63,900 bases of DNA, filler included, from 15 parts of 15 records of this genome joined end to end with filler, not necessarily neighbours in it; one strand, 5' to 3'. Shown: positions 23,750-36,708, counted from the first letter of the whole stretch. The notes: generated by a model from the sequence alone, not told the origin. Numbers and translations are program-made.

Positions 23750-24254
23750 CGTGCGTCAACGCGCGCGGCGACAGGATTTCGGTGCACCGACCTCCGCGAC
23801 TCCGGTTCGGCAGGACGCGGATTTTCATAGAAGGGTACCGAGGTAGGTAGGTGCAGAGTCCCAGATTCGGAATTCTAGACTGATAAATCAGAATCACAGG
23901 GAATTCGCATACACGATAGCCAGGTACACCCTGGTACAGTAGGATTCCTAGCCGCATTCGTTTTGGACTTCCAATCAACTTCTCTCGAATTTTGACATCC
24001 GCGCCAACCGTCGCCTTTCAATGAGTGCACTGGGTCTCTGCACTCTGGGCGTCTGGGTGACCACTGACCGACTGAAGAGTCGAAAGAGCGGACGGAGGGA
24101 CGGAGCCGGGCGTGAGGGTGCCTGTCCGCGCGGCCTGCGGCTGCGCATTCGTTGATTCTCTGTACCTGGAGGCCGAGTGCAGGCGGGATCAGCTTGAGGG
24201 AGATCGGTGGCCAGGCTTTTCCTCAGAATTACTGTGCGAGTGTGTTGGTGCAAG

Positions 24255-24282
24255 ATGGAGCCGGAGCCGGAGCCGGAGCCGG
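24255..24282 (+). CDS. Probable 5' start of a gene beginning M-(EP)n, truncated by the contig end
   Basis: CAAG-ATG followed by (GAGCCG)x4. EPEP motifs also occur in other proteins in the window. Confidence 0.4.
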
Positions 24283-24382
24283 NNNNNNNNNNNNNNNNNN
24301 NNNNNNNNNNNNNNNNNNNNNNNNNNTTAATTAATTAANNNNNNNNNNNNNNNNNNNNNNNNNNNNNNNNNNNNNNNNNNNN

Positions 24383-25024
24383 CCGCACAGCCTGGTCAAG
24401 CGCCGCGAGCTGCCAGTCGTCCAGACCATCGACCCACTCCCGCACGCTGCTGATCAACAGCTCGGGCTGTTCGACCATCAGACCAGTCGTGGTCTCTGGA
24501 CGGCTGCCGAAGCGATCTTCCATCCAATCGAGGATTGGTGTGTAAGTCTCTTCCTGCAGCGCATGGAGCTGGTGCGACAGCGTGTAGCGTTCTGGGTCTT
24601 CCCAGAACCAGACGGTGTCGGTCTCGAGGTAGGGCATGACGCCGTCGATGATCGATTCGCGGGTCTTGGGCACGACGTCGAGCGCGGTCATCGCGAGCCG
24701 GTTAAGCGGCATAAGGTGCGGCATGATGTGCGTCTCCTGCGACTCCCACTCTGCGGCGATGGCCACGGCGGCCGCCTCGGTGGGCAGTAAAACCTCTGTG
24801 CGCTCCGGCGTCTTTAGTGTGCGGCCATCCAGCGTCACCACGAAGCGATCGCTGCCATCCTTCGCAGGAGCGATGTCCGCCTGCTTGTAGAAACGCCTGA
24901 CGCGGTCGGTGGCCGTGGCTGTGGAGAGGCAGTGTCGATCGCCAATCGCAAGCGGCGCGGCGCAGCGGCAGCGCCCGTAGGCGAGGATCCGAGCGCCAGC
25001 GACGCGCGAGCGGCTACCGAGCAT
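24383..25024 (-). CDS. ATP12: ATP synthase F1 assembly factor 2 (ATP12/ATPAF2), 3'-truncated
   Basis: RRFYKQA...VTLDGRTLKTP...AVAIAAEWESQ...PHLMPLNRLAMTALD...YLETDT...LQEETYTPILDW, preceded by an Arg-rich mitochondrial-type presequence from ATG 25024. Confidence 0.92.
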
Positions 25025-25455
25025 GGCCCCTTCTGCGACGACTACCCAGGCCAAAGCGACTGCGCGGCGCCCAGCCGAGCAGCGGCCCCGCGCTACAGTA
25101 CCACCGGGTTGCAGCACGTGCAGCCTGACGCGGGAGTATAGTACTTGTACTAGTCCGGTTCCGTCGTCCAGTCTGGCGCGGCGCAGGCAGTCACGAGTCA
25201 GTGAGTCACACTGTCACAGTCAGCACAGAGCGCACGCCGCACAGGCAGCCGCGGTCATTCACGATTCAGAGATCAGACCCTGGCGAGTACCACTACCAGT
25301 ACAGTATGAGTATCCGCCTACCCGCGGTACCCGCCGGGGGTACAGGCAGGCAGGGGGACAGCTCGGCGAGGGCGCGCGCGGCCTCACCCGTGCGTGGCGC
25401 TGCGTAGAACGAACTGCGGGTGGGCAAGAGCCCTCTCCAATAGGGGCTGCTGGCC

Positions 25456-27038
25456 ATGCAGTCCATCCACGAAGCAGAAGAGTATGTGAGGCACCATCAG
25501 ATCGCCGGGGTCTTCGCGTTCGCTGTGACGTTCGGCGCAGCTGCTGTGCTGGTCCAGGACGTACTTGATCCGTGCGCCGCAGTCCGATTACCGCCACCCA
25601 GCCATGCTCGTGCTGACGTTCAGCTTGGAATGGGATGCAGGAATCACGATGTGGCAATGTTGATTCGCCTTGCAAAGTGGAGCGGTCTCACTGTTGTAGC
25701 TGTCTTCGGAGTCGTCGGCTTCGGTGTGGCGTGGATTCGTGGGATCGCAGACGATGCGGACGAGGAGGACGGGCCAGAGCAGAACTACGACATTCACGAG
25801 GTGCTCGGACAAGGCGCGTTCGGTAAGGTAGTCCGCGCGACGGTCAAACACACCATCAAGGATGTTGACTCCGCGACAATCCAAGAGAAGAACCGGAAGG
25901 GTCACACTACTCACCACGATGAGCAAGATTTCGCAATCAAATACCTGCATATCGAGAACGCAAAGACGGCCACAGACGGCATTATGGAAGCCACCCGGCT
26001 CGTCCGGTGCAACCATCCGAACATCGTCAATCTACGGGAGCAGTTCTTCCGCAACTGCTGGAGTGAAATGACCTTGGTACAGCGATTGACCAAGTCCCCG
26101 TTCCAGCTGTGCCTGGTGATGGAGCGCTGCGACGGGGACGTCATGCAGCTGATCCAGTCGTGGGTAGGCGCCTACAATGACGGCCAAAAGCCGTGGGGCG
26201 AGGAGCCAGCAGTAGGGGAGAAACTGCGAATTGTCGCGCAGATCACATCGGCCGTTGCCTGCATCCACAGCACAAACCCGGCGCTGATCCACAGGGATCT
26301 GAAGCCAGAAAACGTGTTCATCGCACATCAGAACCACCCGCACACCGGCAAAGATCACCTGCATGTGAAGATCGGCGATCTTGGGTTGGTGGCTCGTCAG
26401 GAGGATGATGCGAATACGAAAGGTTTTGCTGGCACTCCTGGTTACATTGCGCCGGAGCTGTATCAATACTGGAACGGTGATGCGGACGAATATGACGAGC
26501 GATGTGATATCTGGTCGGTTGGGATGATCCTGGCGGACCTCTTGCTGCCGGCTCCCTTTGCGAAGTGTGGCGGAGGCTCTGCCGCTTTTCAAGTGCGCGC
26601 CTGGATGCATGGCCTTGATTTTGAGAGCGAATTGGCTCGTAATTAGAGCCTCGCTTGCTGCGGACTCCTATTGCAGGTACTAGTAGACTCGGCAGGTGTC
26701 GATGCAGATGATGAGGAGGACGAGGCCGATGCATCGAAAACCTGTCTGCGGCTGGGCGCAAAGGAGCCTCTACGTGCTATCGTTGATGCTGTGCAGGTGC
26801 GAAACCTTCAGTGCAACGCAGCCATCTCGGTATTGCGGTAGCTACACGCGTAACTGTGTCGCCGAACAATTGGTTGCTGAATTGCTTCTGGTTGCAGGCG
26901 AGCAACTGTGGACAAGATGCCGTGACACTTTTGACCAAGCTTCTCGAGATTAACCCCTCAAAGCGCCCACGCGCACAACAGCTCCTTACCCACAACGACG
27001 TGTTGGGGCGTGTGACTCCACCCATCAGTGTTTTTTAG
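25456..27038 (+). CDS. Ser/Thr protein kinase (NEK-like) with two N-terminal hydrophobic segments; introns 26593-26676 and 26797-26897, probably also 25561-25623
   Basis: LGQGAFGKV, FAIK, IHRDLKPENV, KIGDLGL, GTPGYIAPE and DIWSVG. The last exon supplies LLEINPSKRP. Confidence 0.9.
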
Positions 27039-27128
27039 CCGATGGCACGTCAACAAAGATTCATTCCGCCAAGTTCGTCGAGAATCATACACATAGCACA
27101 CTACACTCCGCGTCGCCTCAGTGCTCAC

Positions 27129-28020
27129 TCAATCTTCTGGCGAAACAGGCGAAACTGGCGATGGCTCATCGTTAGCAGGGGCGGAAGTCGAGCGCGCCCG
27201 CGCTTGCGCTACATTTGTTGCCAGCGACCGAGCTAGTGGTGTGAGTGTCGGTAGGTGGACCTCCTCTGCAGCCTCACCCGGATCGGCACTCCTCGCGAAC
27301 TTTGGAGGTGAGAGCTGCTGAGCCTTGCCACTCTTCGTGCTAGCAAAAGAAATCCGCCCGCTGGTTCGCTCCGGCGTTCGTACGCGTGGAGGGGTAGACC
27401 CGCGTTTCGCAGCCTTAGCGACGGCCAGCGTCGCCGCCATGTCGGAAAGGTTGACATCGCTCGGGCTGACTCTGCCGTCCGCGACAGGAACATCGATGGT
27501 TTCGCTCGCGCTAGCACCTGGATGTACTTCTGCACCGCCCGCGAACCCACCCATACGAGCTATAGAGCGTGCAGTCACTGCACCGTTCCCAAGTTTGGTG
27601 GGCTTGAGCGTCACCTGGCACAGCACCGTCGCACATTGTCAGCAACGAGTACCAGGTGCGCCGCACGGCAGAGCTTGCGGTTGAGAGGCAAAGCATTCTT
27701 CTGTACCTCTTGCACATAGCTTTTAGGGAACCACCTCGGCTCGCTGTCTTCGTCACTCAGCAAGAATCCGGAATACCTGCAGGTTCACAGTGGCGTGCGG
27801 TCTCAGTGGCGTGACAGTCGTCCGTGCCAGGTATGCGGCTAGAGAGCTTGAAGCGGCTGACGCACCAGCCTGTCTCTGCCTTCTCCTGCACCACTGCTAC
27901 AATATCGCCTTCAACCAGTTCCAGCAGCGTACCCGTGCTGCCCTGTGGCGCGTAGGTGGTATGACATTTCGCGTACAGCAGCACGCCTAGGAGCTCAGTC
28001 TCGACGTCGTCTTCCGCCAT
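27129..28020 (-). CDS. SH3-domain protein with a disordered C-terminus; introns at about 27777-27865 and 27615-27707
   Basis: The spliced sequence YAKCHTTYAPQG..LELVEGDIVAVVQEKAETGW|YSGFLL...RWFPKSYVQE fits the SH3 consensus. Confidence 0.75.
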
Positions 28021-28794
28021 TTGCTCCGACGCTGCGTCCGTTGGCGTGCTCCGCGTGTGCTGCCACCTCCCGCGAAGACCTGCCGCGAAAGCCCACCCAG
28101 CCGGCTGCTAGCGTCCCATCCAGAGCCACTGCCCTCCACAGCACACCCCACTTCCCTCGGCCAGCAACCCACCACCGCAGCAGCGGCAGCAGCGCAGTAG
28201 CGGTAGGGCTGCGTTGGCCAGCCAGCAGGTGGGCGCGGCGGTCCTGACCACCACCCACCACCTGACTGCGATGGGCGGTGTGTGACGGACGATCGAATGT
28301 GTCCGCAGGCTGACGCTGAGTGTTGTTCGTGAGTGACGAGGACTCGCATCGAGGAGGTCAACTCGAGTCAACGTCAAGGTGCATCCAAGTACAGGGGGGG
28401 GGCAAGGATAAGAAATCCAGTTAGANNNNNNNNNNNNNNNNNNNNNNNNNNNNNNNNNNNNNNNNNNNNTTAATTAATTAANNNNNNNNNNNNNNNNNNN
28501 NNNNNNNNNNNNNNNNNNNNNNNNNCATCCTACTCAAACGTGTGCAATGCACACGGGTCGGGTGGGAATGTAGTATTTACAAGTAACCTGGGCACTCAGC
28601 CTCTCTCTACACCGGGTACAGGCCTGTAGCCGTAAAGTTAAAAGTAGACGACGAGACGAGCGCGACGCCGGCGTGCGTGCACCGGCGGTAGGCCACCCAC
28701 GTCCTCTAGGCGCCGCCGCCAGCGCGGGGCGGGCGGAGGCGGTGCGTGGGGCGCGTGGGCGGACTCGCTGCCAGTGGGCGCTGGTTAGGTGGCG

Positions 28795-29971
28795 ATGGAG
28801 GGTACGGAGGGCTTGACGTGGGCGCAGAAGGTGGAGCTGTTCACCGACGGCTTTACGGTGCTGCGCGGAGCGGTGCCGGAGGAACTCGTGCGCAGGGCCA
28901 AGGACGCCATCGACAGCACGGGCGCGACGACGGTGCGGCCGGGCGAGAAAGTGGAATACGAGCAGATCAACCTCAACACCCGGGCGCAGAGGGCGAGCGA
29001 CGTGGCGAGCTCGCCGGAGATCACGGACCTCTTCAACAAGAGCGCCATTCGCCCGACGCTGCAGGCCGCGATCGGCGACGTGGCTGCTGCGCAGGGCGCC
29101 CAGATCGCGCTGACCTTCCCGACGGAGCCGTCCACGCGCTGCATGCAGTCCGGTTGGCCGGAGGCGGACATCCCACACCGAGGCTGGGCGGGGCACCTGG
29201 ATGGCGTGTGGAACGGCGGCCACCCGGCACCCCAGGCGAGCGATGACCCAGACTTCGACGAGGATCTCTTCGTGAACGGCCAGCGTGGTGTGAATGGCTG
29301 CCAGCAGGTCGTGGGCCCGGGTGTGAACCTGGGCAACTACACGTGCCTTGTTGGTGTCACTCTGTCCGACCAGTCGATCCAGGGCTCCGGCAACCTTGGA
29401 CTGCTGAAGGGAGCGCATCATCGCATGGTGGAGTTCTTCCGTAAGCAGAAACAGATGGGTGGCCCACTCGGCCCAGGTGGGTTCGACTCATCAAGCGATG
29501 TGGTGGATTGGTGCATGCTTGTGATCTGCACTGATGCTCTTATTGCATGCAGGTGGGCCGTTGTGGCCACGATTCGACCATAATGCGCCAAACGGATGGG
29601 GCGTCCGTCACTATCCTGACTTCGTGCGCGAGGCGTTTCTCGAGGGTGCAGAGTACACAGAAGATGGCAAGTGCTGGCCCAAGCCGACCGAGGTTTTGCT
29701 AAGCCCTGGTGATGCCGTAGTTGCGCTTTACCATGTACCACACAATGCGACACGCAACGAGGGCTCCACCGCCACTCCTCGATACCAGCTCTATTTCCGA
29801 GTGACGAACGGAAGCCGTGCTGCATACAAGGAGTTCGACCACAGCACGGAGGACACGCTGCTGGACCCATGGAAAGACTGGGAGGGCCTCCGGGCGGATT
29901 TGCCGAGGCTGCGCCAGGAGTTCGGAGCTGCATCGGCAGACCAGGCAAGTAGTCGCAGCGCGCGGCTCTGA
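28795..29971 (+). CDS. Phytanoyl-CoA dioxygenase (PhyH)-like Fe(II)/2-oxoglutarate oxygenase; intron 29477-29552
   Basis: LTWAQKVELFTDGFTVLRGAVP, HxD motif (GHLDG), LVGVTLSD, GNLGLLKGAH and PGDAVVALYHVPHN...RYQLYFR. Confidence 0.85.
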
Positions 29972-30169
29972 ATACTGGCGCTGAGAAAGGCACGGATAGC
30001 TATCGCCCATGTTCATGATCATCTGACATGGCCTTGTATGGGAGAGGGGTACATCAAGACTTGGATCGTGATTGATGACCGTGCTCGCCCCACCTGCGTC
30101 CTCGCCCTGCTCGTATACCACATTCCATCATTACGCTCGTATCTATCTATATCCGCACCCCAAACGTAG

Positions 30170-32052
30170 CTAGAAGTCATCCTTCGGCATGCAGCGCGTG
30201 GCGTTGTCTGTCGTGATCGATCCATCGCTCCAGTAGATGCATTTGCCACGGTTTGATGGTCTCGTTGGGTGATCAGGGCTAAGATATTGACCCACAGCCA
30301 CCTTGGTGCCGGAGGCGAAATTTCGTGTGAAGAGGCAGCCACTTGCGTTCTTTGGGACACCATGTGCACCTTTGGTCATGTCGCACACAGCCCCAGCCCA
30401 CTTCGCCGTCACCACCGACATGTCGCCCTTCGGCTCGCCAAGCGGCTTGGTGAACTCAGGAAACTACGAAGTGGTGACAGTACATCCAGTCATCAAATGA
30501 TTTTGGGTGATCTCAAGAGCACAGCAACAGTAGTACTGTAGCAATCAGGCACATGGACCTCGGGTATGGCGCGGACAGACCTGCTCGAGCCAGAGCGCGC
30601 AGGCCCCAGGTCCGGTGCCACCCCATCCACTCCCACCACCAAAATATGAATACCTGTGTAGCCAGTAGCAGTGATGAGTATAGCTCTGGCCAAACCAAGT
30701 CAATTGATTGTGGCGTACTTGTTCATTCCTAGCATGAAGTCTGCCATCTTTCCATCCGCTGGGGTGCGAAAGTACTGCGCGTGATAGTCGAGCAGGCACG
30801 GCTGGTCGTAAAGCCCACAGGTTTTCTTGCCAAATGCAGCAATTGCTTCCGTGCTGCCACCTGATATCAGCACATGATCACTGGTATCAAATTGGGACAA
30901 GCCGAATCCTAGTAATCAGTAGGTAGCTTTCAGAGACCGGTTAGTGATTCTGCTAGTATGGGCTTACCACGCTCCATCATCCCACCCACGCACAGCTTCA
31001 TTGCGTCTGGTGTTGGGTAGTTCGAGATCAACGTCTTGTTCGGGCCAAGGCGCTGCGCCAAGACTCGCACAGCGTCTTGTAGACCTGCCGCCTGCAAAGC
31101 CGGCCGAGTGAGAAAAATGAGAAGCAAGACGAAGGAAACACAGAGCTGTGCATACCCATGCGGCCTTCTTCTTGGTCGAACAGGATCCGATGATCCCTGA
31201 GCCAAAGCCGCCACGATTACCGTCGATGAACGCACCATTGACATGACCTGTTGCCGTCACGTTCGTGACTCGCTCGATCCACTTCTCGCGGGCCTCGGAG
31301 TTGTTGAAATCGTATGCCAGATAGGTGAGGTGCACCAATTTACCGTTGCAGCCTTTCTGCGCCCCAATCTCGCCTCCGTGCCCGACCTGTTGCTGTCCGT
31401 CTAGTGGTGGTGGCCAGTCGTTGCACAGCGTGTCATTGGTATACACAAACTTCCCGTCCAGATTGCCTGGTGAGTCGCACTGTAGCGCAGACTCATTGTG
31501 CTCACGGAACCAGTGCCCCAAGCTGTACTCCGTGCGAGCCCAGTCGCTCTCCGTGTAAATGTAGCAGTCGGTTTGCGGGTTGATCTCCTTGACCTTCCGG
31601 CAGCTCTCGGCAATTTTCGCTTCTGCCTGGTCCAGCTGGGGCTCTTCGAACGCTTTGTGGTATTTTTCGAAGACGACGAACGGCTGCTTCGCAAGCGTGT
31701 GCAGCGCCGCATCGTTCCACTCGCCAGAATAGTTCGCACAGTGCACGTACTGCAGTCGAAAAAGAAGAAATCAGCCGAAGAAAGAGGCGCCAGACCGACC
31801 GACCGGGGCACCAACAGAATCCCACCAGCAAACATACACCATTCAGCCGCTTGACAAGGGAGAGGACAAAGGCACTCAGTGTAGTAGCACAGAGCGCGAA
31901 CAGGACCAGCATGCTCCAGCGCGCGGGCGGGTGTGGGACGGATCATCTGGTCGGTGGATACGCACGGTCTGCAGGGTGTCCCAGGACCATGGCGGCAGTG
32001 CAATGGTGGGTGGGAGCATGAGGAGCAGCCAGACAGAGCAATCGAGCGCCAT
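30170..32052 (-). CDS. Secreted putative glycoside hydrolase, GHL15/GH168-like TIM barrel; about 5 introns
   Basis: Signal peptide, then PPWSWDTLQT|YVHC, LAKQPFVVFEK, KVKEINP, YDFNNSEAREKW, GAFIDG, GGMMERG, DFMLGMNK|YSYFGGG, FPEFTKPLGEPKG, FTRNFASGTKV and IYWSDG. Confidence 0.75.
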
Positions 32053-33000
32053 CACCGACCCCGTCTGCCTAGCACGCGTCATCGCTGATACACAGCCGGG
32101 CCCTGACTGCGTGCGTGCCGACGTAGGAGGAGGGCACTCGCTGTGGCAGAGCCAGACGGAGGGCACCGGCCGGCGCGCGGGCCGCCGTCCGTATCCGGCG
32201 CGTGCGCGGCCGCCGGCGAAAGGCGGCTGGCGCGCAGCGGCGAGGGATGGATCGGACCCCGCGCGCGCGTGGCGGGGTTGCGTTCGTTTGCCGAGGGGGG
32301 ACCCNNNNNNNNNNNNNNNNNNNNNNNNNNNNNNNNNNNNNNNNNNNNTTAATTAATTAANNNNNNNNNNNNNNNNNNNNNNNNNNNNNNNNNNNNNNNN
32401 NNNNTGCCACACGGGCTGACTAAGGGAATAGAACTCTCGATCCCGAGCAGAGCCTGTGGAAATCGAAGTTTCTGGTTGGATTGATGGATTCCGAGTTGAC
32501 TTTGCGGATCGTCCTTGATCAACAACAGTCCAACACCGTGCCGAGGCTGTGCGAATTACTCGGCCGTGCAGATGCGCGTGGATTCACACATTAGAACATG
32601 TCATGATCAACAACGGGGATTAAACATTGAATGGCTCATGAAGAATTCAGTCCACAGCTCGCGCGAGGCAGTCAACGGGAACAACGGGAACAACGGAAGT
32701 TCTCAGTAAGTTCTCTATAGATAATACAAACATTCCGGCGCTTGAATCAAAAAATCAACGCCGTTGGCGCCGCCGGTGGAGCAGTCGGTCGCAGGCTGCG
32801 TTGAAACCGTGTTGAGTATGCAAAACACACTGATACATACCGTGCACCCCTCTGTTCACCTCGAAATCGATGGTTTTTCTCAAGGATTACTCAGTAAATT
32901 AGCATTGTTTTGACTCTGCTGGGATTGAAATCTGACCCAACCTGTGACAGTCGGCACGGAGGCTGGCGGACGGCGGAGGGCGCAGCTTGCGACGCGTTCC

Positions 33001-35687
33001 ATGATGTTGCGCCACAGTGCGGTGCTATGTTCGGCTGCCGTCGCCGCCGCTTTGGCCGCCGAGAGCGATGCCACCGCCGTTGCGAAGCTTCCGCCGCAGT
33101 GCGCCGCGCCGACGACTGGCCGTTGCCCGATCCCGATCCCGAGGAGTTCGTACGCAAACTCTGCTGGTCTGTTGACAGCGGCGGAGTGCTGCGCCCAGTG
33201 CGTGGCCGATGGCAGCCTCTGCTTCGGCTGGACCTGGTCGGGCCCGGGCCCGGACACTGAGACGAGCAAGCCCGGTGGCGGGAGCTGCAATCAGTTTGAT
33301 GCGCCGCTCAGCACTACGCACAGGCAGCCGAATAGGAATTGCACGTACGGCTTGAACGCTCGCGACCTGCCGAAGCCATTGCCAGTGCCGCCAAAAAAAC
33401 CGCCGTCAGGAGCCAAAAATGTCTTGTTCCTAGTGGCTGATGGTGCGTGCTGCCCAAGCTTCCCCCTCGCTCATTTGCCGCGCTCGCGCGCTGAGGTTGA
33501 GGAAGTACAAACTAAAATCATCGCAACGCCGAACACGTTCAGACATGCGGCCGTCGATCAACCCGTTTGCGATCGAGGGTGAGGCGCCACGGTACACCAC
33601 GCCGGCGCTCGATGAGCTCGCGAGAACGGGCACCCTGTTCACGCGAGCCTACATTCAAATCTCTTACTGCGCCCCTAGTCGAAATTCATTTATGTCGGGT
33701 AGACGGCCGGACTCGACAAACATCTATTCTTTCATCGGCACATTCCGCGATCCCTCGTCTGGACAGCATTGGGTCTCCCTGCCGGAACAGTTCGTTCAAA
33801 ACGGTTACAATGTCGGCGGCTCTGGCAAGCTATTCCACGTAAGCACCAGCGTTGGCGCGTGCTGGCGCTCGCGACACCGTCCCGCTGTCCCTTTGTTGCT
33901 CTTGGTGCAAAGAGAACAGCCTGCTGAGTTGTGCATGCGATGAGGTGCACGCAGCCAGGTGTGCCAGCCAACTACGACCAGCCATGGTCATGGACGGTGC
34001 CATACCAGGAGCTTGGTGACAACGCAACCAATACGTGCGAAGATTACTGCTGCGGTGTGAACGACGTCAACAGCACGCATGGTAGTGGGCAGGAGGGCCA
34101 CGGTCACTACTGCGCGTACGAACTCGCCCCGGGCACGTACCTATCGGATCAACGCGACACATTTGTGGCCCTGGAGAACCTCCGAAAGATGGGCACAGAC
34201 TACAAAAACACTGGCAAACCGTTCTTCGTTGGGCTGGGTTTTCACAAACCGGTGAGACGGCCATCTGTAGCTGCAGATTGTGCTGTGCGCTTGTCTGGCA
34301 ATTCGCACATCGATCATTATATCAACTATTCCGTGCGACAGCTGCTGCAGTAGCATTCATTCTGAGTTGTTTGCTGCATGTCTTGTGTTGGTATGGTTGC
34401 TCTTCGATGACGTGACGGCCCGTTCCGGTGACGCCTGCAGCACTTGCCTTGGCATTTTCCCAAAGAGTATTGGGACAAAACCCCGCCGAATCCTCCGGTC
34501 GCCAAGCACCAGGCATTCCCAGCGGACGTCCCAGCCATCGGTTGGCATGAGTGTGCTGAGTGCTCAAGCTGGAGCAATCCGGCGAATACAGCTGAGAATG
34601 GACGCATTGCATATTTCAACACGAAAGGAGAAGGCATGGCGCTGCCGAACCAGCAGTGGCAGTCGAACATGCGACGCGCATATTACGCGGCGATTTCCTA
34701 TGTAGACGGCTTGATTGGCGACACGCTGAGCGAGCTGACCGCATTGGGCCTAGACGATTCTACCATTGTGACATTCACAGGAGATCATGGATGGTCAACA
34801 GGCGAACACAATGTCTGGTGAGCTTACATAAACATCAGCACGGACCGATCAAGATGCAAAGCACCACGCTACACGTAGTGAGCGATCGTGTTTGATACTT
34901 CTTGCTACGCTGAGATCCCGATGTTCGTGGTTGCTGTTGGTTTGTTGCAGGTGCAAGATGACCAACAGCGAGGCAGGTACTCGGGTTCCACTCTTCGTCC
35001 GTGCACCCTGGATCAAGCAGTCGATTGGGCTGCGTGCCCCTCACCTGGCCGAACTTGTCGATCTTCTCCCCACGATCTCTGACCTCGCTGGGCTGAAGCT
35101 CCCGGGTGGTGAAGGAGGAGCACGGCTCGGCGGCGTCTCCTTGAAACCGATCATGGCTCAACCAGATATGGCTTGGTCGAAGGTGGCTATGTCACAGTTT
35201 CCGCGATGTTGGCAAAACAACACTGGCTTTGATATGAATCAAGTGCGTTCGTGCATTGTTGTGCGGTCTTTTGTCTTTGGCTCGCCGTGTCTTTGTGCCT
35301 GCCTATCTATAAGATGTGCTGGTGTGCGTGCACCCAACACAGATCCTTGGTCCTGGCGACGAAGTCAACAAGACCGTCAGCTTGACGAGCATGTCAGACT
35401 GCCACTGGGTTCGTCCAGATGCCCTCGACTTTATGGGCTACAGTATGCGCACAGACACACACCGGCTGGTGCAGTGGATGGTGTGGGACGGTGCGGAGCT
35501 ACAGCCCAAGTGGGATCACATCGTTGGCTTAGAACTTTATGACCACTCGTCGAATAGTCAGCTCGACAACTCATACCTAGACGACACAGAGAATGAGAAT
35601 CTGGTAGCTGTGCCAGCCCATGCCGCTCTCCTCGAGCAGCTACAAGCGCAACTCCGAACGGAGGCCGAGAAGTGGCTTAAGCACTAA
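33001..35687 (+). CDS. Secreted iduronate-2-sulfatase-like sulfatase (S1 family) with an N-terminal Cys-rich PAN/apple-like module; introns 33443-33542, 33839-33954, 34252-34440, 34818-34950, 35243-35342
   Basis: NVLFLVAD|DMRP, the FGly motif CAPSRNSFMSGRRPD, GKLFH|PG, GLGFHKP|HLPW, AYYAAISYVDGLIG, GDHGW..GEH..W|CKMTN, ELVDLLPT, MGYSMRT and ELYDH. All five introns restore the frame. Confidence 0.92.
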
Positions 35688-36130
35688 TGTGGTATCAACC
35701 AATTTCATCTTCTCGATCTTTGGTACTAATATGTTGCTTGCACAGCACACCTACGCGGCAAAGCCTATTGATAGCACCCTCCCCGAACGGTCACGATTCG
35801 GCGTTTGCTTCTTGGAAATCGATTCTCGCAACGCGTAGATCCCAGATTGTACTCACTGTACACGTGCTGTACAATGGCTTTGGGTAAGGTGTCTGAGATC
35901 ACCCTTCCGGGGTTCCGATGTTAGGATCGCCTAGGAGCTTGCAACTCGGAGTCGGAGGGCCGGGACTGCATCGCTTCAGGGCAATTACATGGGATAGATG
36001 TACTCAGGTGGCGATGGGCCTTCGACTCCACTTGTGTCTTTGGACGCGGTGCGCACTTCACGATCTTGGCAGGCCAGAGCTAGAGTGTTATCGTTTCAGT
36101 ATACGCGGTATACAAGCACACACAGCGTTT

Positions 36131-36185
36131 TGTCGGGTACCCAAACTGGGCGTACCCAAACTGGGCGTAGGTTGGGTACCCGACA
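36131..36185. repeat. 55-bp element: perfect 14-bp inverted arms around a 15-nt tandem duplication
   Basis: TGTCGGGTACCCAA (36131-36144) pairs with TTGGGTACCCGACA (36172-36185). GTACCCAAACTGGGC occurs twice (36137-36166). Confidence 0.85.
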
Positions 36186-36708
36186 TGCGGGGAGGGGTGG
36201 CCGCACACCTCGGCTAATTGAACCTTGAGACCGGGTGGATGGGTGGTAGACAAAACGCTGTTCAACTTGGTGATCGGAACAAACGGCTTCACAAGTTGAA
36301 GAAACCCTGCAGGCTTGCTCGGTGATGTTAAGGTTGTTTAAATCCAGGTTCCGATGTTTCATTTGCAAGGGCTGTGAACATAGTAGGAGCGCGTATCCCT
36401 ATGGACCACTGCAAGAAATCTGTTCCTGAAGTTTTCGTCGACCTAGCGGCTTCAACCTGTCGTCTGTGCGTGCGGAAGATTGCGGTGATTCAATTTACAC
36501 ACACTAGCAGCGATCCGTACACGATCCAGATGTTGTACGACTAGCATATGACACCACCAGTGTCTTGAGCGTGCTATTCCATCGCCCCATCAGCAACTGG
36601 ACATCAGTGCCCTTGAGCAGGAGGAGGAGGAGGAGGTGCACACAAGAGAGTCGCGAGTGTTCCTGGTCGCTTGCGGTCGCAGCATTTACAAGGTAGCTTG
36701 CGCGCAGC

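Noticed and set aside
32673-32698. CAACGGGAA x3
   Set aside because: A simple 9-nt slippage repeat with no further structure.
28795-35687. PhyH + GH168-like + sulfatase as a PUL-like gene cluster
   Set aside because: A linker at 32305-32404 separates the hydrolase from the sulfatase, so the adjacency is artificial.
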